From Lama glama (Eukaryota): DNA of 64,000 nucleotides. The stretch's first letter is position 1; each line of letters begins with the position of its first letter. Of this stretch, positions 25,295-38,903 are shown piece by piece. A program made the translations under genes and the position numbers. The notes under the pieces are model-generated. The model had not been told where the DNA came from. It searched no databases and was given only the letters and a program-made list of their open reading frames with translations. The DNA lies in the NCBI GenBank assembly GCA_028534125.1, contig CM052817.1, forward strand, positions 32,304,001-32,368,000, given 5' to 3'.

Positions 25295-26564
25295 CAGCAG
25301 TTTTCAAAGTATGGGCTGGGGAGCCCTGGAGGGGTTCTCAAACCCTTTCAGGTGTCTGGAGGATGAAAACTATTTTCAAAATAACACTAAGATGTTACTT
25401 TCCTTTTTTATTCTCCTCTCATGAATGTACAATTGACCCTTTTACAATACAGGTTTGAACTGTGCAGGTCCACTTATACTTGGGTTTTTTCCAATAAATA
25501 GATTGGAAAACTTTTGGGAGATATGCAATTTGAAAAAACTTGCAGATGATCTGCATAGCCTGGAAATATTGAAAAAATTAAGAAAAACTTAGGTATGCTA
25601 TGAATGCATAAAATATATGCAGATATTAGCTATCCTTACATAGGTATAAGGTGGATGACATTTAATATAAAATTAGTAATATGTTCATTTTCTTACTGTT
25701 TTATAACTTTGCTTTCACAGAGACACATTACCATACAGTATGCCTCTCTCTGGTAACTGGAGAAACTGCATGTCAGCCTATCATCACTGGCAAGTGATTT
25801 TAAAAAATGCAGCGTTTCCAATACTGTATTATGAACATGACTGTAATGAAGTTTTTGTGATGATTCATTCACTAGTGTATAGGCTAGGCTACTGGGAAGC
25901 AATGGTATTGATTACACGAGGCTACCATGAAGCAATCCTATTGCTGCTTCTCTGTTATCAATGCATGAATACCTGTAATTAAATATGAACTTCTTTTTCC
26001 TATTATCTTTTCATTTTTGATGACTAGTGTTAGTAACATATATAACATCTACTGTGTCTTGTATAAGACAATATCGATGTAGGTACTAACAGACAATTCA
26101 TCTTGTAAACAAAGTACACTTACGTAATACAATGCAGTACTTTTCCTTATGATTTTCTTAGTAACATCTTCTTTTCTCTAGTTTACTTTATTTTAAGAAT
26201 ACAGTATATAACACATATATTGTCTAAAATATGTGGTAAGGCTTCCGGTTGACAGCAGGCTATCAGTAGTTAAAAGTTATAGGTGGATTTTCGACTGCAT
26301 GGTGGTTCGGCACCTCTAACCCTGGGGCTATTCAAGAGTCAACTATACAGTGGAGCTACAGGACTATATGTGATAACATCACTGCTCTAACAGATAATAG
26401 AATGTGTGCTTGTGTATTCCCGTGTTTAAAAAATTTCTCAGTTTTAACTCCTAACATGGTAAATATCAATGGATATAACCCACATAAACAGAAACTCTTT
26501 GGGATCCTCAGAAATTTTTAAGAGTACAAAGAGAACCTGAGATCAAAAAGTTTGAGAACCTCCT
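25295..26564 (+). mobile_element. hAT-Charlie non-autonomous element (MER106/MER119-like) split by a Tigger2-family insertion
   Basis: Ends CAGCAGTTTTCAAAGT...AGTTTGAGAACCTCCT; 8-bp TSD TCCTAGAC/ACTTAGAC. Confidence 0.7.
25430..26345 (+). mobile_element. Tigger2-family non-autonomous element
   Basis: TIRs CAATTGACCCTT...TTCAAGAGTCAACTA; TA TSD at 25428-25429 and 26346-26347. Confidence 0.8.
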
Positions 26565-29305
26565 ACTTAGACTATGGTTGAGAGACATTTTAGGTAATAA
26601 TATGGCACATCTTGAACACAAAAGGAATGGGTAGAAGTGGATACTGCCTAACGTCCATATTTTTTAGAGCTCTGAGGAAATTCCTATTAAATAGGCATTT
26701 ATTCAGCACTTTATGCTTAAACACTAATACTATAAATAGGAATGAAAAAGAAATAGAGGACAAGATCCTTATCCTCTAGGTATTACAAATGTGATTTGGG
26801 CACATGAAATAATTAGCAATGCAATATTCTGTAGTTCATGGAAGAAGAGACAGTATGGCTTGGAGTTGTTGGGGAAACCGAAAGGAGTAGGTGGGTCAGA
26901 TCTGGCAATGCAGGGAGAATCAAGTTGGAAAAGTAGTGAAAGTTCTTGGACAGCTGGGTGCCAATTCTAGTCTTTATATCTGTTTATTTGGGAGTCACTG
27001 GAGGTCTCTGAACATGGACGACAGATGTTTCAGGATGCTTGATGTGTGGGCATTTGTAGAAGACATGGGAAAGAAGAACACCAGCCAGCAGGCTGTTGGG
27101 GATATCGTAGTAACAGAGATTTGAGGTAATGAGGCCCTAAACTAAGGTGGGATGAAAAAGGAGAGATTAAAAATACACTTCAAGAGAAGAGTTAACTGAA
27201 TTTGTAGCCAGGTTCAAAAAAATCCCTCATGTTTACTGAATGGTGACTACATAAACACGGGGCTGATGCAGGGAGATTTTACACATGCTGCATTTGAGCT
27301 GAATGAGAAACAACCACGTGCCTCAAAGGCAACGGGAAGGATGGGCTGGGATATTACATCAGTCAGGACTAGAGACACAGATTTGAGAGTTCACAGTTTA
27401 CTGTGAAAATCAGTATAGAGGGAAGAGAACAAAGAGCCAAAGATGTAGTCCTGGAAAACTTTAAATGTGCAGAAACGGTGGAAAATAAGAAATACAATGA
27501 ATGACGCAAGAAAACTAAGAATGTGCAGTGTTGCTGAACTTGATTTGTCAACAAGTGCCTCTGTGACTTTCAAAGATGAACTGAGTAGCAAATTGGTAAG
27601 GAAATAGTCCCCTAAAGATGCCAGCATGTATATATTTATTTTTGAGTCCAGAAGGAGAAAATTGGAAAGAGAGATGACTGTAGCTAGAGAATGACGTACT
27701 GTCAGAGGAAAACTGTGCGTTTTGTTGTTGTTGTTGTTAGTAATTCTCTCTCCTCTCCCCCTGTCCCCACCAATCTGGGGAAAGACTTAGATGTTTTATG
27801 GCAGAGGAAAGATGCCAAGGGGGGCAAAGATCAATGATCTCAGGGTCAGGCAGGATAATGAGGGAAACAAGGCCCTTTAAGAGGCAGGAAAGAGAGCGAT
27901 ACAAGGTACAGGAGAAAAGATAGTCTTAAAGTGAACAGTCTTCACTGAAACAGTTCACATCAAGAAGAGAAAACATTCTTCTTTTTGCTGGGGACGTAAA
28001 AGGCAAGGTCACCTGCCAAGAATGAGTGCAGAGGGGAACTGGAATCTTATCATGGTGGCAGGGATGACAGGCTGGTTGAGGGCTTACGGAAAATGGAAAA
28101 AGATAGGAGTACTTATGAGTAGGTTGGCAGATAAAAATGTTTAAACTCCAGAAGGCAGTAAGAAAGGCTCCATAGAAGATAATTCAACCTACTCAACAGA
28201 TTTTTATCACAAAACAGGTTACTGAATACAGCTGTGCAGGTTGTGTATCTGCACGAGGCACAAATCCACGAGGGTGCATTGACACTGCAGATATTTTAGA
28301 GTTGAATATGCAACTCTTTGATAGGTTTTTGGCCAAGGGCAGTAAAATACCTTAAAGGAAGTGTGCTGTAATTTTTAGACACACTATGTGCTTACGACAG
28401 TGCTTACAGATAGGCAATTTAAAAGTCTTACCCAGAGTTCGAGTATAAGCCTACATAAAAGAGACCTCAGACGAATTCTACTCTTGCCTGCCAATTCATG
28501 TACATGACTATATTTAACTTGATGCAGTTATCATTTATTGAGGCAATACTAAATGCCAAATACTGCAGACTACCAAGATGAGCACGACATAGCACCTACC
28601 CTCAACGAACTTACTTACAGGCCAGGAGAGCAGGAGGACAGGGTCACTAACAATTGCAGTTCGACATGCCAAGTGCTGTAGTAGAGCAATGCATACAGTA
28701 ATGAAAGAGTGCCTAAGAGGAATGCCACTCTACTCAGCCAGCAGGGGCACCAGTTGAAGGTTTTCAAGAAAAGTTGAGGTTTCAGTTGAATCTTGAGGGA
28801 TAAGCAGGAATTAGCCAAGTAAAGTGCAGAGAAAGGCATTCCAGGCAGAGGGAATGGCATGGAAACTCCGAGCACAAGTCATCTCTGTGTGGACTAATTT
28901 TGGTAGTTTTATGTGGATGGTGAGGAGGATGAGTATAGAAATGGGGCAAAAACTGAAGTGAGAGATGCGGTTAGGGGCCAGTAAATGAGTGGACATAAGG
29001 ACTACGTCAAGAAGGATGGACGTTATGCTGAAGGCAATGGAGAACTACTGAAGATTTAAAATAGGTTAGTGATACAATCAGATTTGCATTATAGCAAAGT
29101 CAAACCATAAAGAGATGAACAGGACTAGAAGAGTTTAAAGATGAAGATATCAACAGCAGGTGATCCTAACAGTCCAAATGAGGGCTTGACCGAGCTTTGG
29201 ACTGCAGATGAAGATCGGGGAGAGGTCTTAAGTGGTTGAACTGACAGGACCTCATGATTGACTGGAGGTGACTGTGACACAGGGGGATCTAAGATGACTC
29301 CCAAG

Positions 29306-29440
29306 TAGGACCTGCTACATAGTTTGTGGGATCTGTAGCAAAAAAGAAAATGTGGGGCTCTTTGTTCAAATATCAGGTCTGGGACAACAGAGCATTAAAC
29401 GAAATGCGTGTCCCTTCTGAGCTCCCTTAAGCCGGCCCTA
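29306..29440 (-). mobile_element. MER45-like hAT MITE
   Basis: Ends TAGGGCCGGCT/AGCAGGTCCTA; 8-bp TSD CTCCCAAG/CTCCTAAG. Confidence 0.7.
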
Positions 29441-30152
29441 CTCCTAAGTTTGTGGTGAGGTTAACCAGGTGAATGGATGGTTGTAGCCCTTTTAATGGTG
29501 AATATGATGCAATCTGGTTTTGAACATTTTTGAGTTTGGGATGCTTGTGGAAAATTTAGTTAAGTTCAGGCTGGGGACATAAATGCCTAACTCTGAAGTG
29601 GAGATTGAGGGATGGATCAGATTACCCAGTCTATGTATAAAGCAAGAATAGCTCAGTGGAACCTCAAGAGAATCAATAGGTGATGGAGATGAAAAAAAAA
29701 CAATGGACAATTTTAATCTCAACAACTGCAAGAAACATTGTCTCCTTTCAATTTCACTCCTTCCTTTAGACTTTACTTTATTGTTAGGCTCTGCAGCATG
29801 CCTACTGTCTTTAGCTGATTTGTCTGCATGTGGCAGTTTGACTTTAAGCTTTGAAGGCAGATGTCATGCCTTCTATTTCTTGCATCCCTTAGAATGACTA
29901 TTCCAGTGGTATCTATCTACTAGGTCTCTAAAAGCAGTTATTTACTTAAGGAAATCTTTCCAGAAAAGATTTTCTGGAAACAGAATGTTGGCAGCTTAAC
30001 TCTTACTTACTTTTTCAACAATGCTGAAGAATGAGACTTTTTCAAAGAAACTGTTACACCATGTTTTTTCTTTTTTGGGGGGGGGAATAACAGTTAAGAG
30101 AAAGTGACTATTAAAATAATTTTTATTATAACAAATCACTCTAGTAACTATA

Positions 30153-30227
30153 GGTATATATATGTGTGTGTGTAAAGTATATGTATGCATATATATATAT
30201 ATGTGTGTGTGTGTGTGTATATATATG
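30153..30227. repeat. Compound (TA)/(TG) microsatellite
   Basis: Alternating TA and TG runs. Confidence 0.85.
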
Positions 30228-30499
30228 GCTTGCTTTTTGGAAGAAAACAGCCTTTTAAACTATTCTAAGTTACAAGTTTCCAATGCAGATCAGGAAATAC
30301 TTGAAAAAGCATTTAAAAAAAATGATTTTAAACCAACTGGATAGGAGACAGTTATACAGTCTTATTTAGTCTTGGTGACTAAGTCTCCAAAAGCCAAAGC
30401 GGGAGGAGAAACCTGGATGTCTGCATTTGGGGATGGCAGAAACAAGAAGTGGCCGCAAGCTGACACCCAGGCAACAGCTGACAATTTCTTGGCCCATGT

Positions 30500-31350
30500 C
30501 AGGGGAGGCTCGCGGCTCGGGGTTGAGGTTATTTTTACTCGCATCTTTGCTGGCCAAGGAGCAGGGCATGTCCCCGGCACGTTCTGTCGCAGGCTCCGGG
30601 CTGCCGCCGCCGCCTCCCGGTCCCGCAGGACAGCGACCCTCCTCACCCCGCCGAGGGACAGCCAGGCCAGACCGAGGGCCGCGGCCCGCTCCCCCCCTCC
30701 TCCCCAAAGCCCCTGCCCGGGGTCCCGCCCGGCCTTTGCCAGCGTCCCGGGCGGCGGACAGCTCCTCCCGCCCCGCCCCGCCCCGCCCCGCGGAGCTCGG
30801 CCCCGGCCCGCCCTCGCGCCCCGGTCCCCGCCCGCCGGCCGTACGGCGGGCCCCACCGGCAGGACCCTGGCCTCCCCGACCCTCCAGTCCCCGGCCGCAG
30901 TGGGGCTCACATACCTGCTCGGCCGCCGCCGCCGCCGCCGCCGCCATCTTCCCGCGCCCGCCGCCGCCGCCCTCCCCGCCGCGGCCGCACCCCGCGCGCC
31001 TGCGCCTGCGCCCTGGAGGGGCGGGAGCGGGGCCCGCGGCTCGCCGCACCGCACCCCGCACAGCCCAGCCCCGGGCGGGGAGGGTCCGAGCCCGCGCGCC
31101 GCCGGTGCCCGCTCCGCTGCCCCCTGCGCCCTGGGATTCCACACGACCTTGGGCCGCCTCTAGATCCTTCGAAAAGGGCGCCCTTAAAATACGGAGGACG
31201 CCTCTCCGTCCCCTCCTCCACTCCCCGCCACGAGGGGCTGGTGCCCTCCCGAGTCCTCGTTGCTTCACGTGCCGGGGTCTCCCTGGCTAGGGTGGGAAGG
31301 GGGTGTTTTAGAGAGTACACGTGGACGAGGACGGAGGTGGTGACAGTGTG
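30500..31350 (-). promoter_or_regulatory. SGCB: SGCB CpG-island promoter
   Basis: Very GC/CpG-rich; NRF1-like GCGCCTGCGCCTGCGC 30996-31011; YY1-like AAGATGGCGGC over the start codon; GC boxes 30767-30790. Confidence 0.88.
30915..30947 (-). CDS. SGCB: Beta-sarcoglycan exon 1 (coding part)
   Basis: MAAAAAAAAEQ, Kozak AAGATGG, donor CAG|GTATGT; the six exons total 957 nt = 318 aa plus stop. Confidence 0.96.
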
Positions 31351-34300
31351 AACAGAAGTTAACAAGTTGCCGATTTTAGGCAGCTAAAATCTTGAAAACC
31401 GAGCCTCCTTAAGGAGGACATACAGTCACTTAAGGTATGCTTCTTATCTTTACAGGGACTATGAAGTCGAATGCTTTTTCTGTGGTATTGGGGTGGGTTT
31501 TTCATGTTTTATCGGAAATAGTGTGGCTTTATCTCCTGGGGAACCTGATTTAACAGATATTTACTGCACACCTGGAAGCCACTCAGATATACAGGTAACT
31601 AGAGTACACATTCCTCGTTCCCTGCCCTCAATAGAATCCAATAATCCTTAGTTTAAAAAAAAATGCTGTGAACGCCGCGGCAACAAGGGTACAAGAGCTG
31701 TTTCTCAGGTAGCTGAAACCACTTCTAAGCACCTCTGGGCCCTGGGCTGCCCAACTCGGCAGGAACCATCAAAGAGACCTGCTGGCCAAATTTTCCTTTC
31801 TCTGGGAACCAGATCAGTTTTGCTATTCTGATGACTGGAGCCGTTATTTCTCTGCCCTGCCTACTTTACATCAGAGGACTGTCGTGAAGTTTAAGTTAGA
31901 CACTCTCACGTGGTAAGGCGCTCACAATCTTTTCTCTTCTCTCCTCTGATTTTAGCTAATGTCAGAACCTTGCTGGTCATCAGTCTCTGCATATCCTCTT
32001 TCCCAATGCTGAAACAACTTGACTCCCATCTCTAGTCTCACTCCTGCCTGGGTCTTCAGGACAAATCTCATCTTAGCTGAGAAGACTGTGAGTTATAGCC
32101 CGATGCTTTGGGAGTCAGTATAAGTCTCTGTTAATAGTCTGGCTGTGGTCCCAATTATCCATTCAGATAACTGGGCTTTTGACTGATGCTTAGTTCCTGT
32201 CTCCAGTTCTTGTCTTGTAGTTCTTACTCCCCAGACTTTTGTCTCTTTCCCCTCTGCTTGGAAAATCCTTCTCTTTTTTTCTGGCAAGCATGCTTTTATT
32301 CACCTTCCAAAAATCCATTCAAATGTCACATTCTCTTTAAATCCTTCCCAGGTGCATAAGCAGTTTTAGCTGATCTGTCCCTTATCTCTGCTCCCGGTCT
32401 TTTCTTGCATGCACTTCAGATTGCATTATATTTTATTTTGTTTTCCTGCCTGACTTCATCTAAAAAATGGGGAACTGTATCTGGAAGGCCCACATCTTAC
32501 TCATCCTTTTATCTCCAATGCCTAACACAGTAATGACACTTAGTGTCTTAGAAATCTGCCCAGCTTCTAAGACCAGTAGACCTGTCTTGATCTTGCCAGC
32601 CTCTCTCCCACTTAGGTGGTAAGATACCTGATACAGCTATGTCCTTCTGGCTGTCTGAAAAAATACTACCGCTTCTCTTCCTGGAGATATCCTCTCCATC
32701 TTTCCAGAAGTGGCTTTAAATGTCACTTTCTTCTATAGCTTCCCCGATCCTTTCTTCAGGGGTGTCAAGGATGAGGTAGAGGAAGGATCAGGGTTACCAT
32801 AAAATTTTGTATTTACCCCGTTGTAACTTGTCATATTGAACTATGGCTGTGTCTCTCTCTCTCTCTGGAAAATTGTGAGATGCTAGGGAGAATGGACTGA
32901 GTCTAATTTTGACTTATGATTAAGGCACATGTTTCTGTCACACTAGAAATTCAGTAAATGTTTATCAGATGTGCTGAAAAGATCTATTTCAACATCCTTC
33001 ATCCTAGAAGATGTTCTCATGCTCATATCCCTCTCCTGGGGGTGTTTACCGGTATCTTACAATGTAGATCATACCCACTGCAACTTTGCATCAGCTTAAT
33101 GTGTCCTAAACTCACCCCTTCAATGACCATTTTCACAGAGCCAAGTATTTACCATGTGTCTAGCGAGCAAAGCTGGAAAGATTGAGGTCAAGGTGCCTTC
33201 TTCTTTGAACTAACTATAATGATGGAAACCTGAGTTGAGATAGAAGGAGTATCTGGTAGCCCTCAAAAGTCACACTAAGTCTACATTCCCCCCCCTTCTA
33301 ATCTGTATTTGCTACCAATGTTCTAAGTAGTTTATTTACATGATATTGTGATTGTTATGATATATTAAAAATTTCCTCTTATTTTTGTATGTTAATCAAT
33401 TGTGGGCATGAAATAAATTTACAGAAAAATTCTAAACTGTCGCACTGAGCAGGGAACTCTTATTGGTATCACATAGAATACAGCATCTCTGCTTCTGTCC
33501 ATTGGGGGGAACTGTCATCAGCTCAGGTCCCTACCAATTAGTTCTCCAACGGATGATTAAAAAACCTTTTCCTTTCCAGTGTGGCAGAGAAAAAAAAGGG
33601 CCAAATGAAGCTGATAAAATGAAAACCAGCACTCAGGGTACAGAACACTGAGTAAATGGACAAGTTAGTGTTTTCTGCCTATGAGTGGAGACAAAGTGTT
33701 GGCAACACCACCAATAAAAATGAGATTTAGAGTAAGCTTCATGCAAGTGGGTCAGCAAAGGCTAAACAATTTTCTTCAAATAGTAATACAGGCCCTAAAC
33801 GAAAGGAGTAAGGTTCTAATGTAGACAGCTGTAGGACAAGAATAGCATGGCACACACCCAAGAGGATCAGGGCGCCTGAAAAAGCCTCCTGGCCAGAACA
33901 GAACAGATTATGCCTTTGGCCACACTGGCTAAGAGCCTGCAACTGTCCCTAGTGAGCAAGCACTGGAAATTATCATAGAATTCCACATAGGATTCCACTG
34001 TTCATCCTTGTGGCTTCTTGCATATATTTATGTTCAGTGTAGTATGAAACTACACACACAGCTCTCACTCTACTGAGTGGATTTCGTTCATCTTTTGTTG
34101 GCTTCTTAAAATCCCAAATTAAAAATCTCTCCAGGTGACTGATGTAGGTAAAATTTCAGAGCGGACAAAATTAGGGACTTTCAGAAAGTCTATTCTATCC
34201 AGACATTTGACACATTACACTTCTCTAGAACAAATGGCTCCTGGCTGGGTGGCTGAATTATGATGCCCTAAGAACAACCAATGGGCTAATAAATTTGCTT

Positions 34301-35404
34301 ACTTCTACCTCAGTGGGATTGTGACATCAGACACCAAGCAGCCAGTCATCTCCTTCCTTCCTTCTTTCCCTTCCTTCCTACCTTTTTTCCCTTCCTTTCA
34401 CTTCTTTCTCTTTCTGTTAACAGTTCAGTTTAACAAACTTTTACAGAGGGCCTAGAATGTGCCAGTTGCTGTGTTGAGGATATAAAGCTAAATAAATCTC
34501 TGCCCTTTTCTTTAAGAAGCTTACATAGGAGGTGCACAAGTAAGTGTAACACAGCATGACAATTGCAACATGAGCCATGTGCCTAAAGTTAGAGAGAGAA
34601 GAGAGTGATGAGCTCTGAGGGGCTGAGGCAGGCAGGAAGATTCTGTCCGTTTGAGCTGGGTTTAAATGTATTAAAAGTGCAACTGTAGAGAATCCCCTTG
34701 TCTGTTTCCTGGAGGTTAAGTGTATTAGTTATTCCAGCCAGCCTGCAGAATAAACTGTATGCCAAAAAGATGTTCAGCTTTGCTGATTGGCTAACGCTCT
34801 CAGAATCAAGGCTCGGCCTGAATTGAACTGAGCCAAAAGAATGAAACAAAGGGCAAGATTTGTTCAATCTGAACCGTAACCAATATGTTTTAAGAAAAAA
34901 AAAAAAGGAAAAACCACATGAAAGAATATTAGAACTGCAAGAAATCTTAGAGCTCATCTAGTCCATGTTTTTCATGATATAGATAGAAAAAAATGTGGCT
35001 CAGAATGATTAGGGACTTACGTAAACTCACGGGAAAACACTAATTTGCAGAGTGTGAGATAAAGCAAGAGTATCAGAGTTCCAAGTTTATTCTTTCAGCT
35101 TCTCCGGGACACCTGATAGTGTGCTGGAAAGAAAGATCGGATCTTTATTTTTCCCCAAATAATTGCCTACTTGATCATATCCTAAAGTAACTGAATAGAG
35201 AAAAAATGAGTGCATCGTACTATTCTCCAAATAGAACCTTTACTTCTTTGATACTGTCACATGTGTATATATGTGTGTGTGTGTATATATATACTTTTAA
35301 AGTAGAATCCCAACCTTGTTGAACACCTTCTTGTAATTTGAAGCATATGGATTCTTCTTTAATCAGCAGCATTGACTGTGGGCCCTGCAGGCTCTAGTTC
35401 TGTC

Positions 35405-36045
35405 TCTTTTTTTAAACTGAAGTATAGTCCATGTACAATGCTGTGTTCATACATAGTGAGTCAGTTACACACATGCACATATGTATTCCTTTCAGTTATA
35501 CACACACATGTATTCAGTTATACACACATATGTATTCTTTTTCATTATAGGTGACTACAAGATATTGAATATAGTTCCCTGTGCTAGACAGTAGGACCTT
35601 GTTATTTATCTATTTTATATATAGTAGTATCTGAAAATCCCAAACTCTCAATTTATCCTTCCCCTTTCTTTTTCCCCCTGGTAACCATAGTTTGTTTTCT
35701 GTGTCTGTGAGTCTTTTTCCATTTTGTAAATAAATTCATTTGTGTCATTTTTTTATATTCTACATATAACTGATATGTGGTATTTATCTTTCTCTTTCTG
35801 GCCTACTTCACTTAGTATGATAATCTCTAGGTCCATGCATGTTGCTGCAAGTGGCATTATTTCATTCTTTTTTATGGCTGGATAGTATTCCATTATATAT
35901 ATGTGACATATATGATATATATAAAATATGTGTATTTTATATATACATATATAATATATATACACATACCATAACTTCTTTATCCAATCATCTGTTGATG
36001 GACATTTAGGTTGCTTCCATGTCTTGACTATTGTAAATAATGTCT
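35405..36045 (-). mobile_element. Lineage L1 3' end
   Basis: ORF2 C-terminal remnant MEYYPAIKKNEIMPLAATCMDLEIIILSEVGQKEKDKYH. Confidence 0.85.
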
Positions 36046-36892
36046 AGAGCTCTCTTAAACTGATTGTTACCCAGAACTCATCAGAAGCTTTGAGGAGAAG
36101 ATCGTCATTAACGGCACTTATGAGGATGCCCACTTATTCCTACAGGTGTGGAAGTTGTTAGCTTATATCAAGTTGCACTGCTGGAGAGCTAAGAAATGAG
36201 GTGTCAGTTGCTTGGCTCTCTCTTTGATGGCATGTGTTCTAGTGTTACCACCTTGGCATTGATCAAAGATGACTGCAAGAACAATCACATCAAGATTGTT
36301 TCTATATTTTCTAAAAAAGGGGGGGGGTGTTATTAAGGACACTTTCAGATGTGTTGTTCTATACTCTCTGGAAAAGAATGAACATATTTTAGAATTGTTA
36401 CCAGAAAAATGCATTTTTATTCAAAGAATTGGTATATATAGTTTTAAAATCACTAATAATCATATCACTTTTCCTTTTTGCCTTGACTGCCACAAAACCC
36501 AGAAATAAATGTAAAATAAGGCTCAATCTTAGTACATAGGTTTAAATTGGGGGCGTATTTGCTTTTTCCATTAAAATTTTTTCTAAATCTAGCAATGATA
36601 TTTTCTATAAATCTTTTACTGTAAGTGAACTGAGATCGTTTTTTTTGAAACTTTGGGAGGATAAATAATGAATACATTTGTAAAACACTTCCTTTGTTTT
36701 GAGTCCTTGGGGGCTATGCTTCTTTGTTATTAGTAAATACCCAGTTCCTGCTATGGACAACTGTGGTCCAGAGTTCTACAGAAACCAAGAGGTGCATGAA
36801 ATGACTGCAGGCCTGAAGGGTCTTGAATCTAGTTGTGGGGCTGGAATATCACAGAGATAAATAACATCCGGTAGCATATTCTAAAGTGATTT

Positions 36893-37050
36893 CGTCATCT
36901 ACAAAACAGAAATAGACTCACAGACATAGTGAACAACCTTATGGTTACTGGGGAAAGGGGGTGGGAAGGGATAAATTTGGGAGTTTGAGATTTGCAAATG
37001 TTAGCCACTATATATAAAAATAGATTAAAAAACAAGTTTCTTCAAAAAAA
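36893..37050 (+). mobile_element. Short L1 3' UTR insertion with TSD
   Basis: TSD TAAAGTGATTT at 36882-36892 and 37051-37061; A7 tail. Confidence 0.85.
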
Positions 37051-38903
37051 TAAAGTGATTTTGAGACCCATTGTATCCTAAGACCCTATAAGTCTATTAA
37101 ATTAGTAATATGAACATTTGGTCAAAGTGTATTCTATTTTAAGTTGGCTTAAAAATTGATATTTTGACTAACATTTTTCTGAATGCAGTAAAGTTTTTGG
37201 TTAACTTTGTCTCTAAATAAGTTTTCATAAAAGCAGTTTGTGTTCATGGTAGAAATTTGGAAAATCAGAGAAGTATAAAGGAGCAAATTAAAATCATCCA
37301 TAATCATGCCTTGGGTTCACATTGTATAACATAACACAATATATATAATTCAGTGTCCTACTTTTTTCACTTAACATTATATAATAAGAATTTCTAGATA
37401 CTAGATATTTTTTAATAACAAGATTTCTATTGTGAAACTTCATTGAATGATTTGCTCAATCATTACCCTATTGTTGATTTACATTGTTTCCAACCTCGTT
37501 TTCTCTAGTAAATATAATACTGTGATTTACATAAATGGTAATAGGGATTATAGCATTTAGGAAGTCCTAACTATAATACATGCCAAGTACTGTGCTAAGT
37601 ACTTCACATAAATGATCTTATTTGATCTCTTAATAATCCCGTGAAGAACTATTGTCCCTTGTTTACAGATGATGTAAACAAGGATTACAGGTCAATTAAA
37701 ATGCCCACAGCAATAAAGAGAATTTAATCCTTAATTTGACATAAGCAAATATTCTGACTTGTTTTTTATTAATAATAGAACTGTTCAAAGATTTCAATTG
37801 CCTATTAAAATGTGCAATTATTAGTTCCAAGTTAAAAAAATCTATGAGATTCTTTTCCATTCCCTTCCTTCTTCTTTATATTTTCTTTTAAAAATGTCTC
37901 TAATGAATATTTAGTGTTTTTTAACTTTAGTCATTGTTACTGTACTATGATGAAATAATGTTATATCCTCTTTATAGTCCTTATTTTTTGTTAAGATATA
38001 ATTAACATAATATTATGTACATGATTCAGTATTTTTATATACTGTGAAATGATCCCCGCAATAGGTGTAATTAACATCCCTCACCACACATAGTTAAGTT
38101 TTTTTTCCTTGTGACGAGAACTTTTATAGTCCTTATTTTGTAGTCTACAGAAAATACTAGGAATATAGGCTCCAGAAACAAGCCTTTCATTTTTATTAGA
38201 GGGCAACAGAACCACTGTAATTAAGAGGGGAAAAAAAGGCGGTGAAAATTCTGAATTTTACCGTAGTTGGACATGTGCAATGTTCACATTCTCAAATACC
38301 TGAAAAAAAATGGAACTGAATTGAACTAGCCAGCTGACTAGCTAGCTGAGGCTCTGCGCCACCCCTACTGTTTTAATGACTAGATAAAGATGATTTGCAA
38401 TCAGCACAAGGATTCTAAAGTGCTTAATGATGGTTAAAATGATTTCATTTCTTAAGTAGTTCAAACTGTGGCTCAATACACCCTTTTAAAATAGCGCCAA
38501 ACCAGGTCTGAACTTGCACAGTCTCAATTAGAGAATTCATAATTAAACGAAACTTTAGAGTGCTTAATGATTCAAAAAATAGACCAAATGGTGTTTAACC
38601 CGGAGAGATTTAATTTGTGAACATCCTGGAACTAAAGTCTATTTACCTGGGCACCCCCCTCTCCCCAAACCTTAGGTGTTACAAATGAAGAATTCAAGGC
38701 TTGAGAAGTGAGAGAATCAAGGAGCCAAACAGGTGCTTTCTTCAGAGCCTAACCAAAAGCTTCCAGGAGGAAATGCCCTCTGCTCTTCTAGACAAGAAAT
38801 CTCCGGCTGCCCCCCATTCCACACGGCCAGCGGGTCTCAGTCCATCAGGGGATCCGGGAGCCGCCATCTGTAGCGTGTTCCAGCCCCAGCTCAGCCCGTG
38901 GTC

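Noticed and set aside
30362..31365. Five long overlapping ORFs (152-300 aa) at the SGCB promoter
   Set aside because: Stop-poor CpG-island artefacts rich in G, A, R and P; only MAAAAAAAAEQ is real coding sequence
38269..38288. p53-like GGACATGTGC upstream of SPATA18
   Set aside because: A single imperfect half-site with no correctly spaced partner
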